Shown one piece after another: positions 1-13,592 of a DNA stretch of 64,000 bases. This DNA comes from Lama guanicoe. Taxonomy: Eukaryota. The stretch covers positions 3,224,001-3,288,000 of the forward strand of contig MU054212.1 of assembly GCA_013239625.1 (NCBI GenBank). The letters are read 5' to 3'. The notes under the pieces are model-generated. The model was given only the letters and a program-made list of their open reading frames with translations. It had not been told where the DNA came from and did no database searches. How positions within the stretch are numbered: position 1 is the stretch's first letter; each line of letters opens with the position of its first letter. The translations under genes were made by a program, and so were the position numbers.

Positions 1-267
1 TTCCCCCCGACCCCCGTAACATCACAGCCATACTTCCAGTGGTGAAAGCCAGAGGGAGAGAGAAGCTAGGACTTTCGATTTCAAAACTGTGCCCACCTGA
101 AATGCTCCTTCTCTCACCAAACCGGCACCTAGAAACAGTCCATCAGAAGACATCCTGAACTCTTACGTCTAGAATCAGGTATTTTTCCCTCCCCTGAAAA
201 GGCGTATGTATGTCAGTGATGCTTCTATTTCAGAATGTACTCTTGGTAACACTGATTTCAGATCCCT

Positions 268-286
268 AAGTGCCCTCTAGTGACAA
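268..286 (-). promoter_or_regulatory. CTCF motif
   Basis: Minus strand TTGTCACTAGAGGGCACTT versus core CCASYAGRKGGCRS, one core mismatch. Motif only; binding unknown. Confidence 0.5.
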
Positions 287-814
287 GGTCCAATTTCAAA
301 ATCTCTTTCCCTGTAATTCTGTTCTCAGCGTTGTTTCCTTCTCCCAGGACAAATGTGGCTGTCGCAGGCACAAAGCATCCGACGTATTATCAATTTATTT
401 TAATTGGGCAGAGAGGAAAGTTTCTTGAGTAGCTGTAGGACACCATAACAGTGAGTTACTGTTTTCACTTCTAAATCAAACTATAATTGGAAAATGTGAT
501 TGTTGCCTATTACAAGAGCCGCTTTCTCTCAGTTACACTGTTACAGAACAAACAATTTGGGGGTGTGGTCAGTCATATCCCCTCTTCCTCCTGTTAAGTT
601 TTATTAAGACTCAGATTCCTGACATAGTTTCTCTTCATTCATCTTGTGACACGATAAAACCGCGGCACAGCCGACAAGAACGACATGCCTCTACGGCTCT
701 CTTCCAGTTTTCCTTTCTCCTGATCACTTCCCATAGCCCTGCAGCCTTAATATGGTAGCTAAGAGAAAAAACGTTGCAATCATCAAAATTTAGGCTTAAA
801 CACTAATTTAATAA

Positions 815-975
815 CTTTCTGTGGCATGTGGGGCATGCTCTGTCCTTTCTTTAAATATCAGTTTTATATCTGCAATATAAGGAATAATCGTAAAAGACTG
901 TTAAAGGGAATTAAATAAGACATTACGCGTTAAGCTCTTAGCAGCACAGCTGAATGTATCAGGGCTTAACACAGG
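815..975 (+). mobile_element. MIR SINE relic
   Basis: tcagttttatatctgcaatataaggaataat...aattaaataaga resembles the MIR core and 3' end. Confidence 0.55.
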
Positions 976-3900
976 ATAGTTATTAAGATGTACAGCCCCG
1001 TAACTGATATAGACCAACCCTGGGTTTTTTCTTCTTACTTTATAGAGACATTTGGTAGAAGCAAGCTCAATGCTGTGAAGCAGAGTCACAGTGACCTTTA
1101 AACAGACTGTGTTTACTTCTAATCAGAGCTATTTTTAGATTCTCTTGCGCACCTAAGAGCTCAAGAGCTTAACTAGAACGTTCAACAGACCCAGTTCTGA
1201 TGTATCATGTTCAACAAATTGTCTGAATGAAAAAAGGCAAATGGGAAATACTAACACCTCTCTTTGTGTATGTCCCTGTACGCATTTACAGATTCTTGAA
1301 CGAATCATTCTTTTTATCGACGAGGAAATTAAGGCCCAGAAAGGTTACATCATTCAGGAAAAAAGTGGGGAAGGGACAGCTCGCCAGAGGAATGAAAACT
1401 TCCTGAAGCGGGTGATTTTCCCATGGACGCCCCCCCTACCCTCCTCCAGGGGCAAGAGACAGGGGTAGAAGAGGTCTGCCCCTGAGCCACTAGGACTGAT
1501 GGAAGTGTGTTGGACTCTTAGTCACTGCTGGGGTGGAAACAGTTAGGGACCATTGGCTTGGTGACCGATCTTGAGTGAGAACCTAGGTCAATTATGCTAT
1601 AAACATATTGGTATTTCTATAACCACATAAGAGGAATTGTTTCCATTTCTTGTATTCAGAATTTTTAGCTGCAGATGTCTCTGGTTTTCCTCACTTGTGC
1701 TCTCTGTACTGCCCTAGTCTTACTCCCATCACCAATTTACAGACCTAGTTAAAAGGGAAACTGATTAGCATGAAGTTAAAAGAATCAGCATGCAACTGGA
1801 ACCTTCTCTCTGATGTAATCACAATAATAGAGTTCAGCCAGTGCCCCGAAGAGAAAGAGGTTAGCTGCTCTACGTTTTTATTAATTTTTCTTACTTATTT
1901 ATTTGCCCAGGATCAAATGCTCACTGACGAATCTATTTCCAGAGATCTCTACGACTTAACACCCCAGGCATGGGGCAGGTATGTTATTTTCATGGAAGTC
2001 AACCAATGTTAGTGGATTTGGGGCAAGCGAGTATTTCCAGCAGCCTGAAAACCTCTAGCAATGCATGGACCACGAGCTCAGTTTAAAATAGTATTCCCTG
2101 CCATATCCATTTTTATTGTAATTCTGTTTGGCCTGTTTTATCACCTACTTTTCATTCACTTGATTTCAGGATGGCGGAGATCCCCCTCTTCCTTTATCGT
2201 CACAGTGTCTAGTGTGTCACATGCGGAGCTGTACCAACTGTTTCTAAAAATGACTTCCCATCCCCAGTCGCCGATCTCTTCTTTGGTACTAAAATTTGTC
2301 ATCCTCGTCGTCCCCCTTTCCAGATTCAAACGATTTATGTGATTGCTTCTCAGCCTTGCCAGGATTGCCACAATTTCAGAAGTTACTCCCACTCAACCCG
2401 TCACCTAAAAAGGTGCACAGAATGGTTGGATCTCACTGATCCGGAACAAGCCAGATCAGCAAAGCCAAGCTGTCTGAGGAGCTTTCTGAGTGTTGCTGAA
2501 CAGCACAGTGGTGCATGAGCAGGCCTTCTGAGTCTGTAAACCTAGCATGACGCAAACCAAGGGGCTCACTGGCCAGCACTCTCTCCCTCTCTTCCTGTGT
2601 TCCTCTCTCTCACACGTACAAAAACATACTTCCGTATCTGAGGTCAGTTTTTGTTCCAGGCATCAGGAAAAGAAAGGGCGCCCTGCTGGGTTCTACTTAA
2701 CATTTTGCTGCAAATTGTGTATATGTGTAACTCCAACCCAGTCATAGAGTCTCAAGACTTTAATATTGAAAAGGATCTTAGAGACTCTTTTATCTCCCCT
2801 CTGGCCTGGACCACACTCCATGTCCTGGACAAGAAACTTAGAGTGGTTTAGCTTGTGGCTCCAGGAGGCCACTCCTTGAACTGGTGGCTGTGGCCGTCCG
2901 TGAAGAGGGTGAAGGACTAACTCCTAGGATGTCAGTTCATCTACATCCTTTTGAGATGAGCTCATCTCTTCCTTTGCCCACAGACTCCAGCATGGTGTCC
3001 TCCATATATTATTGCTTAATGAATGCTGGATAATTTGAATTTGTTGTTCAGATTCCCTTGGTAACAGAGTGAGCACTGATCTTTAGATGAATGGAGGTGG
3101 CCAAGTCACTATCAGACCAAGGCGGGAACTAAGATCTAGGTTTAGTACAATTTCCCTTCCTGCAGTTCAGAATGAAAGTATGACAGAACAATGGGTGAAA
3201 TCGTGCCAGCGAGTATGGGAATAAACTTCTGACGTGTGGCATGCAATCTGTGAGGGCACTCCTTCACTTGGTCCTGCACTTTGAGAAGTAATGGAATGGA
3301 AAATTAAATTAAATAAACTTTCATTCTGTGGCTCTGTTGAAAAGGGTACCATCAAATACTTTGAGAAGTATATCTTCTGAAAGTAATTTCTGAAGTTCTT
3401 TCACATTATTGAATTGTGAAAAAATATCTTCTCATCTCTTTTATGTTTTCCTTCTGCCTTTGGTAGAATCAAATCCATGGTAACTGACTTTGGGTTGTGT
3501 CAGAAATACACTCTTAGTACCAGAAGCCTTCAAGGTGAAACCTGAAAGCATAGGTTCTAAATTAAACCAGAAGAAGTAACAAGGTAATACTTTTATTGTT
3601 TTCATTTATATCAACCTCTAACCTCAGACTTCTGTGCAGGCTTTTACGTCTTAGATGTTGTAGCTATTTCTATGGCTGCTAGGTTCTTCACTTAAATATA
3701 ATTACATCATACTCAGTAATCAATTTTGTTTATAACATGTCTAAACATATATTATTTTTTTTGTTTTCATATGAAGTAAATTTATCTGTGATTACAAAAT
3801 GATACTTGACAGGTGCAAGGACCAAGTGCCCTTGGTTTTTAGCCCAGGGATTTAAGTGATGTCACTTTCCATGGTTTATAATGTCTTTTTCTCACTTCAG

Positions 3901-4397
3901 CTGTCTTCTTTCAGACTATTGTTTTTTCAGCAACATACAGACAAAGAAGTCCCTCTCTCCTTGTGCACTTGACTAATGTTAAGTTATTGACCTTGTATAA
4001 ATGTTGCATGACTTGAAGTAACTGCAAGCATCATTCAAGACAGATGCTCTCTTACGATCTCCGGGAATGATTCTTGGTTCTATCGCACAGAAGTGGCCGT
4101 GGACTGGGAGGAGTGTGAGGTTTGGGTCCCACAGCCTCAGGTTTGTATCCCAAATCCATACCTACTACCTGTGGGCTCAGGAAAGGTAATTCCTTTGAAC
4201 CTTGGGTTTCTCGTCTACAGCACATCCATTCACTGTTCTCAATATGGTGCCCAAGTAACACTCTTAGAAACATATTTTATGCATGTATCTTTAAACACTT
4301 CTCGACATGAATTTAGAATGGTCAAAACATTAACAAAATGAGAGAAAATACTTCCCCCCTCCAAAAAAAAAAAAACCAGGCTACAACTCTTAATACA

Positions 4398-4512
4398 TAG
4401 TTATTTTATAGAGAAACTGAGGCTTGGAGAGGTTAAACAACCTGAACCAGGACCTACAATGGGTCAGGATTTTGAACCAAATTCTATCAGATTCCAGAGT
4501 CCAAAGGCTTGT
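4398..4512 (-). mobile_element. MIR SINE relic
   Basis: ttttatagagaaactgaggcttggagaggttaaacaacctg...gattttgaacca...gattccagagtcca is the reverse-complement MIR core. Confidence 0.7.
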
Positions 4513-4739
4513 AATGCCCAAGAAAGGAAACAGGAGCCAGGACCAGTCACAAAGCCAAAGGAGGGAGGTTGATGGCGGGAAAGATGAAACAGACCTTAAA
4601 CACTGTCCGTCTTTCACCTATGTGTACTCATCCATGGTCACCGATTAATCTAGAAACAGGCGCTTTTCAAGCATCTGATGTGGGAGGGGCAGGGAAGCAT
4701 ACGACGGAAGTTCACAGTACATTCCTTCGACTCATCCAG

Positions 4740-5330
4740 GAAGATGGGAAGCTGAATAAGCATGGGGCAATAAAATTCCAAACTGCTCAGCATTTAGTAA
4801 CTAGCGTGGCAGCATGCGGGCAGATAATCGAGAGGCCAGCAGAGACAGCTGTCATCAGGAAAGCTCCATGGAAGCCCACCCCCAAAGGGGCAGGACTTGT
4901 GTCTTAACTCAGAGAACACGTGGGCAGAGCGCGCTTTATTGGGGTAGCACTGGCGTGCTTAGCACGCTCACGGGGTCACGACTGCAGGGCGGTGAGGAGT
5001 CCGGTGCGAGGGAAGGGAGTGGACGGGAGCCAGGCAGAAATGGGAAACCAGCGCCTGACTGAACACTTTGCGAGCCATCCTCAGCGAGAGAGAGAACACG
5101 ACAAGGCAGCTCTGTGTTACTCCCCACCTGGGGCAGCACACCGGGGGTCAGTGGAGCAGAGGCGGCCAGAATTAGGAAATTCAACCAGGAGATGAGGACA
5201 GGGATACTCAGGAGAAGGGAAGAGGGAGAGCATGGTGCTGGGGTGGAATTGGACAAGGGAGAGCCTTTTAGTGGAAAGACAGAGAAGTAAGCTTGGGGTG
5301 CATTTCGACTTGAATGGCTGAAGTCGCTAT
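4740..5330 (-). mobile_element. L2 LINE relic (approximate bounds)
   Basis: Purine-rich degenerate L2-like sequence ending in gcatttcgacttgaatggctgaagt. Confidence 0.4.
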
Positions 5331-7994
5331 TGATTCTATTTCTCTTATTTCCATTCTTGGGGAGACAAATTGGCTAGTCCGGGAGGGACCCAGAAAGTCT
5401 CTCTGGGTTGCCAGGTGATGAGCCGGACTCCTAGCTTCTGCTCCCAACTCACCCTCGGCAGGAGAGGCAAATCACGGATCCAAATTCCCACAAGGCTGTC
5501 AGGTGTGAGCAGCTGGCATTTCCTGACAATTCTCTGCACGCTGACTTTTAAATTTAGATTGACTGCATTCTACTGGCAAGGCTGCTCTTGGGTAGAAACC
5601 CAAGTCCTCAAACCAACACATATATGAGTAAATTCACATTTATAACTTATGTAGTTTTTTACTCCCTCGAGCTCTTTGGCTTGAAAATGGAAACAGCAAA
5701 CAAACAAATGAAAACAAAAGCGGGGAGCTCAGAAAGGCAAAGCAAGTTTTCCCAAATCACACAGATAGGATGTAGTAATAGACTTAGAACCCTAGTCCAG
5801 CACACATTTATTTTCCAATTTGAGAATCCAAAATAAAACAAAAGGGCACAAGGATAAATAAATTTTACCCCCAACAGTTTTGGACATGGGGCTGAAAACT
5901 GTAGCTCGTGGCTACCTGTCAAAGAATTGCAGGTGACCATGAAACTGGATAGTAAATCAGCTCACGTGCCCACAGAAACTTTCCAGTGTTAGGCCACCCC
6001 TGCGGTATAGACGCTGCCTCTATAATACACCTTGGCCAAGCCAGGAGAGTGGAGGTCTGCCTTCTAATCGAATTCTTTCACTTAGTGTACCAGCTTGGGC
6101 AAGGCCACTTAGATTCTGTGGTTTATGAAATAAAGGACCGTGTGGTGCAACAGTAAGGACTTCCATGACACATGCGACGTGTCTAAAAACAACAAGCAAA
6201 ATGGTGTTCATAACTTCTCATTCCGTGAATTTGTGCAGCGTATAACCCTTGCCAGGTCTGTGCAGTAGCTGATTTTCAGAGCACGCTACACATGCTGAAT
6301 CCACTGTTCATTTCAAAGCTCTGTAACCCACAACACTGGTACATTCACGAATTATTAAGCTGTGTACCCTCGTAACACTGAATGAACAGTTCTTTTAAAT
6401 ATACTTTTATAATTTGATATCTTGCTTGGCATGAAAAAATTAGCAAAATAATTGAACAAGAAAACAATAGCTTGAGCTTGAAGCCCTGCATATATGACAT
6501 GAAATTTAAATACATTTGTAAGTATCTGAGCTTATTTCACTCTTGTAACAGCCACTAAAGATTTAACTCAAGAAAAGGCTCCTTGGTTTAAAAAAAAATT
6601 AGCAAAGACCCTTACTCAAGGTACTATGCAATTAACATCATTATTCAGAGTTTTCCTGGGTGCTCCTCTCTTTTGCATAAATTAGCAGCAAGTGTTGATA
6701 TTTAACTTACTATACACATTTTGTTATGATCACTGAAGACTAAAAATTTCATTTTAAAGTTTCAATTATCTAGATGACTTGTTTATTTCTTGAAAATTAA
6801 TCTCCTGGCACAGTGCCTTCAAATAATAGCCATGTGTTAAATGTTAGCTAATTTATATTTAATAAATCGGTTGTCAACTCTTGCTTTTGTGTAGAAAAGC
6901 ACACCCTTGGTAATGTCAATCCTTTGAGAAAGTTGATGAAACAAAAATTTTAAGTTCAACGGTGTTCATAAAAGCAAAAACCTATGATTGTGGTAAGCAG
7001 TATCATAAATAAAACATGTAAGTGCAGCAAATATTAAATACTAAAATTCAAGAACGGTGTTACCACGCCATCACTCACAAGTCTGCAAGAACACACGCAC
7101 TTCATTAAAGTCAATGGAGTGTACCAGTTCATCTTGGCATTATTCATAATCGAAACATTTCAATTTTAGTTAACACACACACAAAACTAATTTAAAAGTC
7201 AAATGAGGAAATTAGTTCTATGTTCCCCATGTTTCAATTCCACAGTGATATCAACCAGCCAAATTTAGCCTTAGGAGGTATGAAAAAGTATCTAATACAA
7301 TGAGTGGAAAACCTTTTAAAGAATCACTGATCTGTTAAAACTAATGTTTTTGCAACCAATTCAACAAAAATATAGTTAGTGTTGTAAAAGAGCCCTCAGA
7401 CTACTCTATTACAGAACAACTGAGTTTATCTATAGATTTACTTCCAGATTTCAAAAGCAGTGGATCAAGAACTAGAGGGTTTATGTAAGAAATACAGTTC
7501 ACTTCCTAAAAAAATTAAATTGAACAGTATATTGATTGAAAAACATTTTCTGCATACACTTTATTAAGACCAGGGGGCATCTTTTCCTGTTTTAAATCTC
7601 TTAGATTTCTCAGTCCACACTATTAATAACACATCCTAGACCACTGTCTTGGCCTTTATTTCGTGACACTCTTCCTGTGTGCTTTCCCAAGTTTTACCAT
7701 TCTTTTAGTGTCTCTCTCTTTTCCATTTTTTGGTTTATTTCTTTATCAGTTCCCACTGTGCACGGCACCGAGGACTCTGTCCTTCATTCCTTATTTGTTT
7801 ATCTCTCCATCAGGTCTTTTGTCTCCCGTCTATGAAGTTAAACATCTCCCCAAAACCAGGTTTTACTTATTGCCATTTGCAGATATCCAACTCGACCCTA
7901 AACCTCAACAACAACAAAAAAGGTACTAAAATTCCTTGACTTTCCTGCTAAAACATTTTTGTAATCATTTCATTCTGGCTCTCCTGCAAGCTCA

Positions 7995-8110
7995 CCATCG
8001 ATACCCAGAGCGTGACTAGTTCCAGGGCCCACATAGATGCCCAAATCTGAGGATGCTCAAGTCTGTCATATAAAATGGCTTGGTACAGCCGGCCCTCCAT
8101 ATCTGCCCGA
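7995..8110 (+). mobile_element. TcMar-Tigger (MER2-like) DNA transposon fragment
   Basis: gttccagggccc...aaatctgaggatgctcaagtc...tataaaatggc...tacagccggccctccatatctgc resembles the MER2/Tigger end. Confidence 0.65.
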
Positions 8111-8589
8111 TACTTAGTCATTCTGACAGCTTTCTTTCAAAGGGTTCCAGTCTCCTCAGTGCGCGGAGAGGGACCCAGACTGGATATCACCTGCTCAGAC
8201 AGGTCTCCTGACAATACTTTTTATTCTCCCAACTAGAGAAGGAGCTGTGTGTACATCTGTGAGGCACTGTGCGTCCTTGGGAGAGGGGAGGGGAATGTTC
8301 ATCTGCGAAAAGGGAGGGGTAATGCTGTCCAGCCAGTGGCGGGGCACAGAGGCAGGGAGAGGACGTTGACCTTGACCCTGTACCCAGATCATTCATCTGC
8401 CTGCCCAGAGCCACGATGGTAGCTTCCAGCCACACCTCTGCCTCTCTTGAAAACTCGATAGGGAAGGATACATACTAATGTATTTTGTCTATACCTCCTA
8501 ATGTCAGGAAGTAACTTCAAACTGCAGAGACAGTCACGTGGGGATCCTACACCACGCAGCCTACCCGACCAGTTGACCGAGCTCTCTGC

Positions 8590-9600
8590 ACAACAGTTCT
8601 TGGTTTCATGTCTTCCTTTCCTTTACCACTCGGCATGATTTACACGAATTCTTTGAAAGTCCTTTTAGTGGAATTGCCTGCTTCCGGTTTCTCTCCCATC
8701 CGGTCCACACTACCTGTTCGAGAATGACCTGTAACTGGTTGGTGCACATGACATTTGGTCTCCTTCACATGGTCTCATCCTGGCTTCTGGACAGTATTTC
8801 AAGACTTTACTTCAGCTTAATCTTCCAACTCCCGGCCTGCTCCTTACTTCTTCACTCTGTCCACGTACAGGCACCTCATGGCCCTTATGTGGCTCTAAAT
8901 CCAAATCCCCTTGGCTGGTACCCCCCTCTCTGCTCTACAGGTCTACGGACCGCTCCTCCTGAGAATTCTGTCCAGTGAACACCAGCGAGCGACCCCATCA
9001 TCCCCAGCCACATGCCATCAGCCACGACTTGTAAATATAAGCTGCTCTCCTGGGACTCTGAAACAGAAGTAGTATTAGTGGCTGTCCCTCAGTCTAGCTA
9101 CAAACACCCCACGCTCATCTGGTGAGGAGAGCGGGCTTCGCTCATAAGGAAGGACAGTTTTCATCCACTTAACTCTTGGCAATGGCCAGCGAGGCCCTTC
9201 CACGCCTTGCTGCTGCCTCTCTCCTCAGCTCACTGCCCCACCCTCGCCTGCGTCACACCAGCCCTTACCTGCCTGAGGCCGTCACGTGTGCTGCCTCCCC
9301 TGCAAGGCTGCTCTTCCCCTGCCTGTGACAGGACTGTGTCCCTCTCAACCCGAGTCTCCAAAAGAAGGTCACCTGCTCAGACAGGTCTCCCGACAAGTGG
9401 TCTTCCCTGTTACTGTCGTCCGCAGTGCCTGCTGTATCCCGCACAGCACTAACGCAGTCTAAACCTTTGCTTACGTGCCTAGCTCTCCTCATTTAGCTTG
9501 TAAGCCCCTAGAGGTGGGAACCTGATCTGTCTGTTCACCATGGCACATCCAGTGCCCAGCACATAGTATGGGTCAGTATATATATTCACCAAAGGGATAA
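8590..9600 (+). mobile_element. L2 LINE 3' relic (interrupted)
   Basis: Ends in tgtaagcccctagaggtgggaacctgatctgtctgttcacc...ccagtgcccagcacatagt, a typical L2 3' terminus. Confidence 0.6.
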
Positions 9601-9657
9601 ACATTGTCAGAGGTTTCCTTAGCTCTAGGTAATGTTCAAGCATCACCTTAGTAAAAC

Positions 9658-9748
9658 TTAAGATATTACAAATTTGGTATACTTAAGTTTGTATATATTG
9701 CATAATACATTGCATGCATTTAAGATACTACAAATTTGGTATATTTAA
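9658..9748. repeat. 29-bp direct repeat, two copies with 62-bp period
   Basis: ttaagatattacaaatttggtatacttaa (9658-9686) and ttaagatactacaaatttggtatatttaa (9720-9748). Confidence 0.85.
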
Positions 9749-10269
9749 ATTACAATATGCAATAAATGATATTTGTAGGAAAGTCTGATAATTTGCTATC
9801 ATCCTCCTGCTGCAGAGATGAGGATAAAGAATAGAAATAGCATGGCCTGGCTCCCTGGACCTGAAGTCATTGCTCAAGGACAGTGAAAGATGCTATAAGA
9901 TCACTTGCACTATAAAGATCATTATCTAAAATCATTATCATGCACAGGACATTCAAACCTCACGTGGAGCTTTCTTTCCTAGTACTTCAATCCTGACAAT
10001 TCTCAAAACACCCAGACTTACTTTCTATTTCTCAGAAAAAAGGAGGATAAATCAAGGAGACACTTGGAAATGAACAAATAGTCACGAATTTATAAAAGTG
10101 CAGAGATAGCCCTGTGTTTCAGTCATCATAAACATGCCTCTTTATCTGCCTGCAAACTGCCATTATTATTATTATTTCCAATTTTAAAAGTTCCTCCCTC
10201 ACTTTTTGAGTAATAGTAAAATAGCTTTACCACCTCAGGGTAAACTTAGAGTTTTCTTTATAGATAGGC

Positions 10270-11235
10270 CACTAAAAAGCAATAATCATAAAAGAAAAAT
10301 AATTTATTCTTCTTTATCAAATTAAAAAATCGGCTCATCAAAAGGCACTTTAAATAAAATGAATAGGCCAACCACAAACTCGGAAAATATTTACTGTGCA
10401 TGGATCTGACAAAGGGCTTTCCAGAACCTATGAAGAACTCCTACCATCAGCAAGAGACAAGTGAATGGTAAAAGAGAGAAAAAACTTGAATAGACATCTC
10501 ACCAAAGAAGATACACAAATGGACAACAGCACATAAAAAGGAGATCAAGATCACTGGCCATCAGAGAGATGCCCCTTAAAGCCACGAGCAATACCATTTC
10601 ATACCCACTGTTGATGAGGATAAGAAGTAGCTGGAAATTTTAACATCGTTGGTGAACTAATGGACAGTTTCTGATAAGGTTAAACCATGAATTCCATTTC
10701 TTGTTCTTTATCCAATGGGAATGAACACAGTTATTCACAAACAGACTTGTACAGAAATTTCAGAGCAGTCTTATCCATAAGAGTCCTAAGTTAGAAATAA
10801 CTCACATGTCAATACCAGGATAAATAACTTGTAGTTTAGTCATACAGTGGAATATTACTCAACAATAAAAAAGGAATCAACTACCAATACATGCACCAAT
10901 CACAAAAATACTATACAGTAAGTGAATGGAGCATCTACAAAGTATATGTTACGTGATTCCATTCATAGAACTAACCTATGGGGATAGAAATAGCCAAGTT
11001 GTTGCTTGGGCAGTAGAGAGGAGATGAAGGGGTGGGAGAGAAGTGAGGGGAGGGGTCTTGAACTGGAATTGACAGGAAAGGGCCATAAGGGAAACATTTA
11101 GGGTATGAGATTCAGTGTCTTATTTTGGGTGGGTGGCTATTATACAAAGTGCATATAATTGTCAAAACCCATTGGATTAAACACTTAAGATCTGTGTGTT
11201 TTACCACATATAAATTGTACCTTAATTTTAAAAAT
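10270..11235 (+). mobile_element. Old L1 (L1M-type) ORF2 3' end plus 3' UTR
   Basis: Motifs include ttgaatagacatctcaccaaagaagatacacaaatgg, catacagtggaatattactcaacaataaaaaagg and acacttaagatctgtgtgttttac. Confidence 0.85.
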
Positions 11236-13424
11236 TAAGAGATTGTTATTTTAAAAAAGAACTTTAACACTAAACATCATTCAGAATATTTCTCTACTTT
11301 CTAGGTATGAGAAACATTAAAAAAAATTCTTGTTCTATTGAATTTAACACACCTGGTTTACAATATATGATGACTACACTGATGTAACCAGTTTCATTAG
11401 ATTAACTGTAATTCATTAGACTCAATTTATAGTAAAGTTCAGAAACATAAAGATAAAAAAAAAACAAAGAAACACCTCCCGAAACAAACAAAAACTCCTG
11501 CTCTAAATCAGGATCGTTTTTCAAAGGTGAATGTCATTGCCACAGCCCACCAGCAAGGGGAGTAGTTACACTTTGAGAAGAATTCGAACCTTGTCACCAG
11601 TGAATTATTCCATAGGGCACTTTAACAAGACCAAAAACCGACTTCTGGGTATAGCCAGAATGGAAATGACAGATCATTTGAATGCAAGAGAAAAAGATCG
11701 GAAACCTTGACCCTCTAGATTACTTTGCACCTCAGCGAGAAAGGGAAAAACAGATCAGTTTATTAAAAGGATATGTTCATGTAATTCAGGCACCAGGAGA
11801 ATATTTTACAGAACAGCTACATTAACTGTGGGATGCCGCTTTTTCTTGGTTAATTATTCCCCATACAAGAATAATAATGTACATACACCCACTTCTCCCA
11901 CAAAAGAAAAAGACCTGAACGGTGCCACTATTTTGACGGATGTGGGAATGACAGCAACATTCTGCACGGAATCTGCAAGCTGTTAGAACACTGGAGCCTG
12001 TTCGAGAGTAGGTTAAGACTGGCAGAGGGTAATTTTTAAAAATCTTGAAGCGTAAGGGCTTTTCCGTTGAGACAGATCCCAAATCTGAAGGTTTATGCTG
12101 CATTTTTAATATGTATCATCACTTCACCAATTCTTACAAGATTTGTAAGGCTTAATTCTCCCATAAGCTCAAGAAGGCTGTGGAAAAGTCTCTCTCTCTC
12201 CCTTACTGCCAGGTTGGGTAATCCTCGATGTACAGAAATGAATGTTCTGGCTGACAAGAGGAAGCATGTCCCTAGGCGTGTGTGAGTGCGGGGCTCCTGG
12301 TATAGACACTTACAATATGGGTAACTGCCCGCTTTGCACTCTAACCCCCGTAATAACCCTGACCTTGATTCTAACACCACAGTACCTTCTCCATCCTCCT
12401 CATTCCCCGGAGAAGCTGAGCACAGAGGAACCAGCATCGTGTGCCTTAGAAAGTGCCCTGAGCCACGCCCGGCAGGGGGGCTGGAATCCCCACTTACAGG
12501 AAACCCACATCTCTGCATTCTGCAGTGCTCACAAAGCTGGGATGCCCTCCCTCCTCCCTTGGGGCGCAGTGAGTGCAAGGCTCCTGGGTGCACAGAAACA
12601 AGAGTCCCTTCTGGAACTGTGTAGGAGAACACGCCTCCAGAAGAAAAGCTTTTTAGAAGCTGAGCAAGGTGCGTGGGCTGAGCAGGGGTGGTCAGGGGCA
12701 ACTCTTTCCAGCTGCAGCTCCTTCCCGAAGGCAGCCCTCCACCCTGGGGGGAGAGAGCAAGCTCTCACCATGTAGAACAGTTATCAGCCATGAACGTGTG
12801 TACCCTTCGGCTGGGACACAGAGCCCGCCCGAAGATTTTCCTCATGAAAATCCAAGGAATGTTTTTTAGTTCAATATCCCTGAGAAATGACTTGGAATTA
12901 CTTCCACTCATCAAATAGAGAGAAAGCCCTTCTCCCCCCAGTTTCTATAAATGGAGGAAGTATGGGATCCAAAGTAAGGAGAGTCAAGTTTTAGACTCTG
13001 CCTTGAACATCTTCTTGAGGTCCCCACGTCTGTGATGCTACAGTCTGGACTGTATTCTTGCCGGCAAGGATTCACGGGGTTGTCCCACACTGACCACCAT
13101 TTCACTACGCAGCAAAGAATTTTTAGAGAACAATGAGAAAGATTCATGAATACAGTGCTGCTGCCCACATAGTCCTAATTCTGAGTTTGCCACTGGATGG
13201 ACATGAGTCTTGTGTTCTTCCAACTAAGTGGGAAATAAACCAAAATACTGTCTCCCAAGGGTGACTAAAATCTGCAAGGTGTATAAAAGGTGGAGATGAG
13301 GTGTCAAGGGGGGACTAGACGAAGAACCCAGAGATGGGAGACGTGCTGATTAAAAGAGGAAACAGAAGGAAGATGTAGTTAGAGCTAAAGAGATGAAAAA
13401 GATAAAGATGTCTGTGTGTGTGTT

Positions 13425-13592
13425 TAAAAATTTAATTTGATTTTTAGTTGATGTATAACTGACTCACAGTATTACTTTCAGTTGTACAGCACGGTAGCAT
13501 AGTATTTTTATAGGCTGTGCACCATCTAAAATTATTGTAATATTATTGACCGTATTCTCTGTTTCTTATTTATTTTATAACTGGTGGCTTGT
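13425..13592 (-). mobile_element. L1 3' UTR fragment
   Basis: T-rich start followed by ttgatgtataactgactcacagtattactttcagttgtacagc. Confidence 0.65.

Noticed and set aside
11759..12701. 202-aa ORF, and a possible terminal exon from ttttccacag (12178) to AATAAA (about 11760)
   Set aside because: No recognisable protein, overlapping ORFs in several frames of a GC-richer patch, and the acceptor is directly preceded by a (GA)n run.
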